This document shows positions 28,850-37,635 of a stretch of 64,000 nt of DNA, in pieces (position 1 is the stretch's first letter; each line of letters begins with the position of its first letter). The DNA comes from Bryobacterales bacterium. GTDB taxonomy: Bacteria > Acidobacteriota > Terriglobia > Bryobacterales > UBA6623. The stretch is taken from NCBI GenBank assembly GCA_963422375.2, contig OY729428.2, positions 2,208,001 to 2,272,000 of the forward strand, given 5' to 3'. Made by a program: the position numbers and the translations under genes. Below the pieces are notes generated by a model. The model saw nothing but the letters and a program-made list of their open reading frames with translations. It was not told where the DNA came from and did not search any database.

Positions 28850-31522
28850 GTGGACCCGAGGACAATCATTGCCGGCTGCCTGCGTGTCGGAGTGGCGGCG
28901 ATCGTCCTAGCAACATACTTGGCGGCGACCGCGCCGGCGCAGGACCCGTCCGAGGAGCAGCCGGCCAGCGGGGCGGGGGAGCCGGCCGAGGGCCCGTCGC
29001 CGGAGAGCGATGCCGCCGTCGCGGATCGGACCCGCCTCAACCTGCTAGGCGAGGTCGACACCGAATCCGGCGAGGCCCGGCGCAACGAGAACGTCCGGCT
29101 GACGCTGATCGATAACAACGTCCTGAAGGAACTCCTGCGCCGGATGGGCGCCACGGCCACCATCGTCAGGGAATTCGCCGCCGAGCAGTCCTATTTCGGG
29201 CTCGAATACGGAGGGTCCCCCAAGCCCAGCCTGCACGTACCGAAGACCGCTCGGAACGACGTCAACGGCCAGGTCTCGTGGAGCCATCAGAACAGCGCCG
29301 TCTCGGCTCGCTCGTTCTTCCAGGTGGGCGACGTGCGGCCCGCCCGCACCAACGACTACGGGTTCAAGTTCGGCACCCCGCTCGGAGCGGGCGCGGCCCT
29401 GTCGCTGCAGGGGAGCCAGCGCAGGCTATTCGGGCAGGTGAACGGCAACGTCTTGGTCCCGGCCGCCGACGAGCGGGTCCCTACGGCGCGGGACCCGGCC
29501 AAGCGCGCCTTGGTGGAGCGGATCATCGGCGCCTACCCCGACGAGCTCCCGAACCGCACCGACATCAACGTGCGGGCGCTGAATACCAACGCCCCGCAGA
29601 AGATCCGCAACGACCGGGCCAGCGCCGTGCTCGACCGGGGCTCGGGGGACGGAAGGGTGTCGCTGCGCTACGGCGTGACCCTGCAGCATGTGGAGGCGTT
29701 CCAGCTGGTCGGCGGCCAGAATCCCGACACGACCACGAAGAATCACAGCGCGCGCGCCACCTGGAGCCGGGCGTGGAGCCCCTACACGGTCACCGATGTC
29801 ACGGCGGGTTACGAGCGCATCGGTTCGCTGCTGGTCCCCGAGGAGACCTCCCTCGGTCCGTTCTTCCTCTTCAGCCGCATCCTGCAGTCCATCGGTCCGA
29901 GCAGCAGCATGCCGATCGACAGGGTGCAGAACCTGTACCGCTACGGAGCGCGCATCTCCCGGCGGGCCGGCGATCACAGCCTGACGGCCGGCGCGGAGGC
30001 GCTGCTCAAGCAGGTCAACGGATTCGAGAGCAACAACCACCGCGGCACATTCAGCTTCCGGGCGGACTTCGGCCGGAACGCGGTGGAAAACCTGCTGGCC
30101 GGCGCGCCGAGCCAGTTCCGGTTCGCCATCGGAAACGCGCACCGCGGCTTTCGGAACCGCTCGGGCCTGCTCTACGCGGAGGACACTTGGAAGGCCCTGC
30201 GCGGACTGACCCTCCGACTCGGCCTGCGCTACGAGCCGGTCGGCAGCCCCGGCGAGATCAACAACCTCAGCCAAGTCCAGTACGACTCCGATTGGAACAA
30301 CCTCGCTCCCTCGATCGGATTCGCCTACAGGCCGTCGGGGATGCCCGGCGTGCTGCGAGGGGCGTACGGGCTGCACTACGGCCAGCTCTTCAACGCCACC
30401 TTCATGCAGTCGCGGTTCAACACGCCGGGAGTCCTGGCCGTCGTAATCAACGCGGCGGATCTGATCGACCCGCTGGCCGAGCTGGCGCCTTCCGATCTGG
30501 ACCCGACCGCTCGCAGCATTCGCTACCTCCTGGACCCCGAACTGTCGACGCCGTACTCCCATCAATACAACCTTTCTTGGACATTCGAGCCGAAGCAAGA
30601 CTGGGCCTTGGATCTCGGTTACGTGGGGAGCCGTTCGCATCGCCTGCTCAACCAGCGCTACACTAACCGGGCCCGACCCGTCGAGGGCATCCCGCAGACC
30701 ACCCGAACAATCAACAGGCGCCGGGCCGACCTCCGCTACTTCGACGTGCTCCACACGGTCAACGGATCGATCGGCTACTTCGACGCCGCCAAGGCCGCGC
30801 TGCGGGTGTCGAACTGGGCCGGACTCAACCTCGACGCGTCGTACTGGTTCAGCAAGGCGGTCGACCTCGCCTCCGACTACACCAACACGGCGGTCGCACG
30901 GGACGGCAGGCTGGCGCGCAGCCCGAGCGAGTTCGACGTGTGGGGCTACATGAAAGGGGTCAGCGAGTTCGACCAGCCGCACGCCGCGCTGCTCCGGCTA
31001 AGTTACTCGGCGCCCGCCCTCAGGGGCCTGCCGAGGCCACTGCGAGCGGTTCTGGACGGCTGGCAGGCGAGTTCGGTGGTGCTGTGGAAGTCGGGCACGC
31101 CGTTCGGTCTTCGCTCCGGCTCCGACTCTCCGGGAACCGGAAACGTCGACGGTGCCGGGAGCGACCGCCCGAACTTGCAGGATCCGTCCATCCTCGGCCT
31201 CGTCGTCAACCACCCCGATACATCGCGGGCTTTGCTGTCGCGGGATGCGTTCGAGTTCATCGAGCCGACCGATACAGGGGGCAACCTCGGTCGCAACACG
31301 TTTCGCAAGGACGGTGTCTGGAACGTCAACATGGCGCTGTCGCGGCGCATCCTGCTGCCGGCGAAGACGCCCCTCCTGCTACGGGCCGAATCGCTGAACC
31401 TGCTGAACCACCCCCAGTTCGCCGAGCCGGACATCAATCTCGCCTCGCGCACGTTCGGCGCGATCACGAACACCCTGAACGACGGCCGGGCGTTCCGCTT
31501 CACACTGCAGCTGTCGTTCTGA
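28850..31522 (+). CDS. TonB-dependent receptor-like outer-membrane beta-barrel (Oar-like)
   Basis: signal peptide, LTLRLGLRYE, DWNNLAPSIGFAY, PYSHQYNL, NLLNHPQF, C-terminal FTLQLSF. Confidence 0.88.
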   Translation: MDPRTIIAGCLRVGVAAIVLATYLAATAPAQDPSEEQPASGAGEPAEGPSPESDAAVADRTRLNLLGEVDTESGEARRNENVRLTLIDNNVLKELLRRMGATATIVREFAAEQSYFGLEYGGSPKPSLHVPKTARNDVNGQVSWSHQNSAVSARSFFQVGDVRPARTNDYGFKFGTPLGAGAALSLQGSQRRLFGQVNGNVLVPAADERVPTARDPAKRALVERIIGAYPDELPNRTDINVRALNTNAPQKIRNDRASAVLDRGSGDGRVSLRYGVTLQHVEAFQLVGGQNPDTTTKNHSARATWSRAWSPYTVTDVTAGYERIGSLLVPEETSLGPFFLFSRILQSIGPSSSMPIDRVQNLYRYGARISRRAGDHSLTAGAEALLKQVNGFESNNHRGTFSFRADFGRNAVENLLAGAPSQFRFAIGNAHRGFRNRSGLLYAEDTWKALRGLTLRLGLRYEPVGSPGEINNLSQVQYDSDWNNLAPSIGFAYRPSGMPGVLRGAYGLHYGQLFNATFMQSRFNTPGVLAVVINAADLIDPLAELAPSDLDPTARSIRYLLDPELSTPYSHQYNLSWTFEPKQDWALDLGYVGSRSHRLLNQRYTNRARPVEGIPQTTRTINRRRADLRYFDVLHTVNGSIGYFDAAKAALRVSNWAGLNLDASYWFSKAVDLASDYTNTAVARDGRLARSPSEFDVWGYMKGVSEFDQPHAALLRLSYSAPALRGLPRPLRAVLDGWQASSVVLWKSGTPFGLRSGSDSPGTGNVDGAGSDRPNLQDPSILGLVVNHPDTSRALLSRDAFEFIEPTDTGGNLGRNTFRKDGVWNVNMALSRRILLPAKTPLLLRAESLNLLNHPQFAEPDINLASRTFGAITNTLNDGRAFRFTLQLSF

Positions 31523-32097
31523 GAGAACTCGGTACGGCGCGCGTCTTCCTCTGCGCTAGCCCTGCAAGCCCGCTCGCTGTGGCGGTCCGACGTCGCTCTA
31601 ACCCATGCTCGGACTGCATCCGGCCAAGCCTGGGTCGATGCGGATCCTCGATGCCAGCGCGGCTGAAGCCTCGGCAGAGACCCGGACGCTCGGCGCGAGA
31701 GCGGGGCAGGGGATCGACGCGCGTCCTCGGAAGCCGCCACGTCCAAGGAATCCTAGTCCGTCGGGCTCGAACGGCCGCGTGGATCTTGGGGCAGGCTGCA
31801 TGCGCTCCTTGTCAGTCCGCAGCGACGCCGGGCCGCTCCTCGCTCGGGTCACCGAGGAGGGAGATCGAATCGGGGCCCCGATACGAAGCGCTCGCGAGCG
31901 CTCGCGCTGGGCGTCGTGACTTGACAGGATCGTGTGCAACGCGTCGCCCCTCAGTCCGCTACGGTCCGCAACTTCCTCTTTTTCAGCTAGTTACGCAATG
32001 CGAGCTTACTTGACGGACACTTGATGGCCGGCAGGACCCGGCTCGCCCAGGCAACCTGTTGCACGGAAGCAGCGTGCGCGGGGACAAGAGCGAATCG

Positions 32098-32521
32098 GGT
32101 TCAGCCAAGCGGTGGACCTCGCCTCCGACTACCCCAACACGGCGATCGCGCGGGACGGCAGGCTGGCGCGCACCCCGAACGAGTTCGACGTGTGGGGCTA
32201 CATGAAAGGGGGTCAGCGAGTTCGACCAGCCGCACGCCGCGCTGCTCCGGCTAAGTTACTCGGCGCCCGCCCTCAGGGGCCTGCCGAGGCCACTGCGAGC
32301 GGTTCTGGACGGCTGGCAGGCGAGTTCGGTGGTGCTGTGGAAGTCGGGCACGCCGTTCGGTCTTCGCTCCGGCTCCGACTCTCCGGGAACCGGAAACGTC
32401 GACGGTGCCGGGAGCGACCGCCCGAACTTGCAGGATCCGTCCATCCTCGGCCTCGTCGTCAACCACCCCGATACATCGCGGGCTTTGCTGTCGCGGGATG
32501 CGTTCGAGTTCATCGAGCCGA
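32098..32521 (+). repeat. 424-bp partial direct duplication of the receptor gene segment 30846-31268 (pseudogene fragment)
   Basis: manual alignment: 8 substitutions and one extra G in the first ~115 bp; remaining ~310 bp identical. Confidence 0.95.
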
Positions 32522-33234
32522 TGAGGGAATCTCTTCACTTGCCGACCTTGGCCAGCCCCCCTCCTTGCAGGCATCCGCTGCCACCGGTCCCGTTGGCTGA
32601 GCTGCGGTGCATGAACGACAAGGGCGACTGGGAGGACATCGACGATTCCCTGTACAGTCCGCATCATTCCGACCGAGTGCAAGTGCGATTCTCCGTACCG
32701 CAAGGCACCTTGCTGCTGCTGGACCTGCTTTGCGGGCTCGACCAGGGGCTCGGCGTGGCAACGAGCCATAGCAGTGTCATCGATCGAGCTCTCGAAGAGC
32801 TAGGCTCCTGCATTAGCGGGAAGGCAACTTGGGTGCCGACCAATCCCTGCCCCGAGTGCGATCCTAACGCGACAGACTTCTATCTCGGGCCTGCGACGGA
32901 ACTAGAGTTGGAACTCCGGGAACCGGGGCTGGCTTTGCTGCACTTCACGACGCAACCCGGAACGATCTCCCTGATTTACGGGATTCTAGGCCAGGAAGGC
33001 CTTGAACCGATTTCGCCAGCGACGCTTCTCACGCACGTGATGTCCACCGGATTCCTCCGCCTGCTCCGGAAGCATTCGCAGCCCCGCGACGAGTCCCAAG
33101 ACCCACTGGACTTTCGAGATCCACCGCACACTCGGGACCCACTGGACCCTCAACGCGCCCCGGAACATACGCCGGCGACCAGACGCAGGCGGAATGCCAG
33201 GCGCCGTGCTCGCAGGAGACGGCTTCGCCGCTGA
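32521..33234 (+). CDS. hypothetical protein with two ribbon-helix-helix-like repeats and an Arg-rich tail
   Basis: open frame from ATG 32521 (alternative ATG 32611); internal repeat VRFSVPQGTLLLL / LHFTTQPGTISLI; CPEC motif. Confidence 0.5.
   Translation: MRESLHLPTLASPPPCRHPLPPVPLAELRCMNDKGDWEDIDDSLYSPHHSDRVQVRFSVPQGTLLLLDLLCGLDQGLGVATSHSSVIDRALEELGSCISGKATWVPTNPCPECDPNATDFYLGPATELELELREPGLALLHFTTQPGTISLIYGILGQEGLEPISPATLLTHVMSTGFLRLLRKHSQPRDESQDPLDFRDPPHTRDPLDPQRAPEHTPATRRRRNARRRARRRRLRR
33100..33153 (+). repeat. three imperfect 18-nt tandem units (DPLDFR-DPPHTR-DPLDPQ)
   Basis: gacccactggactttcga / gatccaccgcacactcgg / gacccactggaccctcaa. Confidence 0.7.
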
Positions 33235-33549
33235 GCACGGCCCGGCGGAGGTCGGCCGTGCAGGCCCGGCGGCGGCTAAGGTCCGGCGGGTCCAACGGAT
33301 CCCTGCCCCGGCTGCCAAACGGGCCCGGCACCGGCAACCTTCGGCAGATTTCGACGCTCTTGACGGCTTCACGCTGCGCGGGCGGAATCGTCTCGCCGGA
33401 CGCCGCCGCGAACGCCTAGTCCACCGCGGTTCGCGGGGATTTCGACGGCAAACGCTTTCTGCCGACCGTGGGCAATCGGCCCCGGCAGGCCGGCGTCCGA
33501 CCCAGCCGCTAGGATAGACGCAAGGGCGGACGCTCGGCTCGCCGTCAGG

Positions 33550-35130
33550 ATGAAGGCCATGCGGCATTTCAACACGACCGGTCCGGTCGTGGCGGTAGAC
33601 CACTACCTCATCCCCCCCCTGCAGAGATTTGATCTCGGGGAAGTTCTCGCCCTTATCGGCAATAAGAAGTACTTCGTGCTGCACGCTCCGAGGCAGTCGG
33701 GCAAGACTTCGGCTTTGGTAGCACTGCGGGACTTGCTGAACAGCAGCTCGGATAGGGACTACCGATGCGTCTACGCCAGCGTCGAGGAGGCGGCGACTGA
33801 CCGCGAAGACACCGCGGCCGCGATGAAATCGATTCTGGGCGCGCTGGCATCGAAGGCTAGGCGAGATCTTGGAGACACATTTGTCGGGGACGTCTGGCAG
33901 GAGATGCTCCAGCGCTACGGCTCCGGCAGGGCCCTCGCCGAGACGCTTTGCTCCTGGGCGGAGGCCGACTCGCGGCCTCTGGTGCTGTTAATTGACGAGA
34001 TCGACGCGCTGGTTGGCGACACTCTGCTCTCCGTGCTTCGACAGCTCCGCGCCGGCTATCCCGATCGCCCATCCGGGTTCCCGCACAGCATCGTTCTGTG
34101 CGGCATGCGCGACCTGCGCGACTACCGCATCCAGTCGGGATCGAAGGGGAAGGTTGTCGCGAGCCCCTTCAACATCAGCGCGAAGTCCCTGCGGCTCGGA
34201 GACTTCTCGCGAGCGGATGTCGCGGAGCTTCTGGGCCAGCACACGTCGGAAACGGGGCAGGCTTTTGAGACCGGCGCAATTGAGCGGGTGTGGGCCCAGA
34301 CTCAGGGCCAGCCGTGGCTGGTGAACGCCCTCTGCGCAGAGGCATGCTTCAGGAAGGGTGAATTGCGCCACCCCCGCCGCTCGATCCGCGAGGCCGACAT
34401 CGTCCAAGCGCAGGAGGAACTAATCCTGCAGCGGTCGGTGCATCTCGACCAGCTTGCAGACAAGCTCACCGAGGACCGCGTGAGACGCGTGATCGAGCCG
34501 ATCCTAGGCGGCTCCGCAAGCGAGGACTTTTCTGTTCGCGACTTCGAATACGTGCGTGACTTGGGACTCGTCGCCGTCGATGACCCGCTCCGAATAGCTA
34601 ATCCTATCTACGCCGAGGTCGTGCCTCGGGAACTAACCTTCACCGCGCAGAGGCGCATGGTCCAAGACTCGGCATGGTTCGTGCTCCCCGACGGGGGCCT
34701 TGACGCGCCAAGGCTCATGGGAGCGTTCCAAGAGTTCTTCCGAGAGAACTCGGAGCACTGGATCGAGCGCTTCAAGTACAAGGAGGCCGGGCCGCAGCTG
34801 CTCCTGCAAGCGTACCTGCAACGCATTGTGAACGGAGGCGGCCGCATCGAGCGCGAATACGGTCTCGGGCGGGGGCGCACGGATCTGCTGTTGGTCTGGC
34901 CGACCGGGCAGGGGACCCAACGGTTCGTGATCGAATGCAAGATCCTGAGGGGCAGCTTGGAGCGAGCGATCAGCGACGGCGTACAGCAAACCGCTCAGTA
35001 CATGGATCGCTGCGCCGCCGCGTCCGGCCACTTGGTGATATTCCACCGCCGGGAAGGAGGATGGAACGGCAAGGTGTTCCGGCGGCGGGAGCACTCGCCC
35101 GCCGGTCCCGTCGATGTCTGGGGCATGTAG
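33550..35130 (+). CDS. AAA-like P-loop ATPase fused to a C-terminal PD-(D/E)XK nuclease-like domain
   Basis: Walker A APRQSGKT, Walker B LLIDEID, TQGQPWLVN, C-terminal REY...RTDLLL...FVIECK. Confidence 0.85.
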   Translation: MKAMRHFNTTGPVVAVDHYLIPPLQRFDLGEVLALIGNKKYFVLHAPRQSGKTSALVALRDLLNSSSDRDYRCVYASVEEAATDREDTAAAMKSILGALASKARRDLGDTFVGDVWQEMLQRYGSGRALAETLCSWAEADSRPLVLLIDEIDALVGDTLLSVLRQLRAGYPDRPSGFPHSIVLCGMRDLRDYRIQSGSKGKVVASPFNISAKSLRLGDFSRADVAELLGQHTSETGQAFETGAIERVWAQTQGQPWLVNALCAEACFRKGELRHPRRSIREADIVQAQEELILQRSVHLDQLADKLTEDRVRRVIEPILGGSASEDFSVRDFEYVRDLGLVAVDDPLRIANPIYAEVVPRELTFTAQRRMVQDSAWFVLPDGGLDAPRLMGAFQEFFRENSEHWIERFKYKEAGPQLLLQAYLQRIVNGGGRIEREYGLGRGRTDLLLVWPTGQGTQRFVIECKILRGSLERAISDGVQQTAQYMDRCAAASGHLVIFHRREGGWNGKVFRRREHSPAGPVDVWGM

Positions 35131-35989
35131 CAACCCACCGCCCGGCGGCCCTCGTCTAGACATCGAGCCCTGCGGAAGAGGCGGCTTGCCGCTTGCAGGG
35201 AAGGGCAAGGAAGTGCCACCGCCGGGGTGCATACGGCTGCGAGGTCGACCGCGGTCGCACTGCCCCGGGCAGGTTCCGATTCGGACAGGCCGAGGTCGCT
35301 GGTCCGCGCCATGCGCAACGGAGATCTGAGCCGACTCGCGACACCGGGGGCCCCTGCGAGGAGACTGCGCACGACGAGCGGGCCTGCCGCTTCTTGCATT
35401 GATGCTCCTGTAGTTCCGGCGCGTCGCGAGAGAGCATTGAGGGAAGCCGACGCACGGCGGACCTTCGGTTTCGCGCCCGATTGGGCGGCCAGTCCGTCGC
35501 TCCGACAAGCGTCTTCGCAACCCGAGATGACGATGGCGGGGGGGGGCACAGCGGCGTGAGTCTTCCGCGAGGAGGTGCGAGCCCGCTGCTCGGGTCGCGG
35601 TCCAATGGATTCCGGAATTAGGCCTTACATGGCTGCAAGTGCTGACGCACGAGAGCACCACGGAATTCGCTAGCAAGGCCCTCTCGAAGGGCGGGTACGA
35701 AAGGGTTGCTCCGGCGGCGATGCTCGCGCATATCTTGGCGTCCAATGAATTCGGAGCGACGCGACACAGCTGCTTCCAAGCGCCGCTGCCCCTCTCCGAG
35801 CCCTCAGGACCGAGGCAGCTCGCCCCGCCGCAGGGCGCGCCGAAGACACCGCTAAGTCCGGGACCGCCACGGTTGCGTCGCCCGCGTCGGGGCAGACCGT
35901 GCATGCGAGCGGGTGGACTGCGGACAGGGCGAAATCCCGGAATCGGGCTCGTCCTGCGGGCGCGATGAGGACCGCATCGGCCGGTCCAC

Positions 35990-37012
35990 TCAGAACCCTT
36001 CGACGCTGATTCGATAGACTCCCTCCCACGATTCGCCCGGCGGAATGGAAGGCAGGCCCGAGTACACGCCGCGATGGGCCAGGTTGAAGGCGTTGGTGAT
36101 GCCCGACATCGGCTCGAAGCAAACGAACGACTGGCGGTCGCCCGTCGGGGCGTAGACGACTGCCGTGGGATAGCCCGGGCCGTAGGCGACAGTCAGGCGC
36201 TCGCGGAGACCGCGCACATGAAACCTCGTCCAGCCGTCGGCGTCGCGTTTCAGATGGCCGAACACGTGGTCGAGAAAGCTGCCGCGCAACGGCAGGTCTC
36301 CCTTTTCGTCGACCGGAAGGGCCGCGCCAGTCTCGACCGTTGCGCCGGTCGGCGTGAAACGGCTGTCGAGCGCCCAGACCGAGCGCGCCGCCAGCCGGAC
36401 GGTCCAGGAGTCCCGCGGGCAGTCATGCAGGTTGAAGTAGGGATGGAAGCCGACCGACACCGGCATCGCCTCGGCGCCGGTGTTCGTTACGACGGTGCGC
36501 GTCTCGAGCGTCGAGCCCGCGAGGCGGTAGGTCATCCGGATGCGGTGGGCGAACGGGAACTGGGCCATCAGGCGCGGGAATCGAGCGAAGTCCAGGACGC
36601 TCGAGGCTACGGCAGCGTCCGGTCCGGCCCTGAGGGACGCGAGCTCCCAGTGAGGCGAATGGAGCAGCAAGCCATGGATCGGCTGCTGGTCGCTGTCCAG
36701 CAGGTAGTTGTCCAGCCCGCGGTTCAGCTCGTAACGCGTTCCGTTCGCGAAGAACGCATGCTCATCCAATCGATTGGCCCACGGTGCCAAGAACGGGTTG
36801 CCGCACAGATCCGGCGCGCGCACGAACTCGCCGACGGAACCGTGCGGGAACCAAAAGGCGTTCTTGCCATTGACCAGAAACTCGTAAGCGTTGTTCCCGA
36901 GACGAAGGGCGACCGACACGGAGACGCCGTCCGGCCCGGTCAGCTGGACGACATCGGTCCCTTCGATCTCGCTGATGCGGGCGGCATGCGACCGGGCTGC
37001 AGACATGCTCAT
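35990..37012 (-). CDS. aldose 1-epimerase (galactose mutarotase-like)
   Basis: PFLAPWANR, IHGLL, GFHPYF, LDHVF, FVCFEPM; start 37012 or 37006. Confidence 0.88.
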   Translation of the reverse strand: MSMSAARSHAARISEIEGTDVVQLTGPDGVSVSVALRLGNNAYEFLVNGKNAFWFPHGSVGEFVRAPDLCGNPFLAPWANRLDEHAFFANGTRYELNRGLDNYLLDSDQQPIHGLLLHSPHWELASLRAGPDAAVASSVLDFARFPRLMAQFPFAHRIRMTYRLAGSTLETRTVVTNTGAEAMPVSVGFHPYFNLHDCPRDSWTVRLAARSVWALDSRFTPTGATVETGAALPVDEKGDLPLRGSFLDHVFGHLKRDADGWTRFHVRGLRERLTVAYGPGYPTAVVYAPTGDRQSFVCFEPMSGITNAFNLAHRGVYSGLPSIPPGESWEGVYRISVEGF

Positions 37013-37123
37013 GCGAGGTAGACCAGAGTACCGCACCGACTTCGGCAATGTCCTTGCATCCCAGCGCCTTGGGCTCGCATTGCGAAACTCCTGCCGAAGC
37101 CCGCGGGCCGCGGCGTCCGCGCG

Positions 37124-37543
37124 CTACTCGCCCGGAATCTCCCGCAGGTCCGTGTCGCCCTGGCAGCACATGCAGCGACCCGGCTCGTGGGTCGTGATGT
37201 GGCAGATCACGCAGTAATACGTCACGCGATGGATTTCGCCGTCCTTCACCGTGTACGCCTTCTCGACGGCGAAGCGGCCGTCGTCGCGACGGGTCCCGCG
37301 CACATCCCAGAGGCGGCCGGCCAGCCGCGGGTCACGCATGGCGCGGTCGATCGACTCGTCGGACGCAAGTTCGACGGTCGTGCCGTCAGCCGCCGCCAAG
37401 CGCAGGGGCTCTCCGTCCGCCGGAGGCTCGAGGCGCCCGCGAAGCGAAGCGTCCTGCGCCTGGACGGCCAAGACCGCCACCACGAGCGCCGCACCCAGCG
37501 CGGAGACAGCCCGCAGCGCCCGAGCAAACTTTTCCGATAACAT
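37124..37543 (-). CDS. small exported protein with a C-terminal Cys cluster
   Basis: signal peptide ending AVQA; YYCVICHITTHEPGRCMCCQG. Confidence 0.75.
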   Translation of the reverse strand: MLSEKFARALRAVSALGAALVVAVLAVQAQDASLRGRLEPPADGEPLRLAAADGTTVELASDESIDRAMRDPRLAGRLWDVRGTRRDDGRFAVEKAYTVKDGEIHRVTYYCVICHITTHEPGRCMCCQGDTDLREIPGE

Positions 37544-37635
37544 GGATTATGTAAACTAATGGGCTCCCGGCCCACTTAGCCCTCCGAGATTGACTCTAGC
37601 GCATGGGCCGCCGGGCTGCCGGCCCTGCCCGCCGG

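Noticed and set aside
32329..32520. N-terminal part of ORF 32329-33234 as genuine protein
   Set aside because: It is only the duplicated receptor sequence read in frame, with no RBS or signal peptide.
30846..32521. Diversity-generating retroelement (TR/VR pair)
   Set aside because: The 8 mismatches are not restricted to adenines in either copy or on either strand, there is an indel, and no reverse transcriptase gene is in the window.
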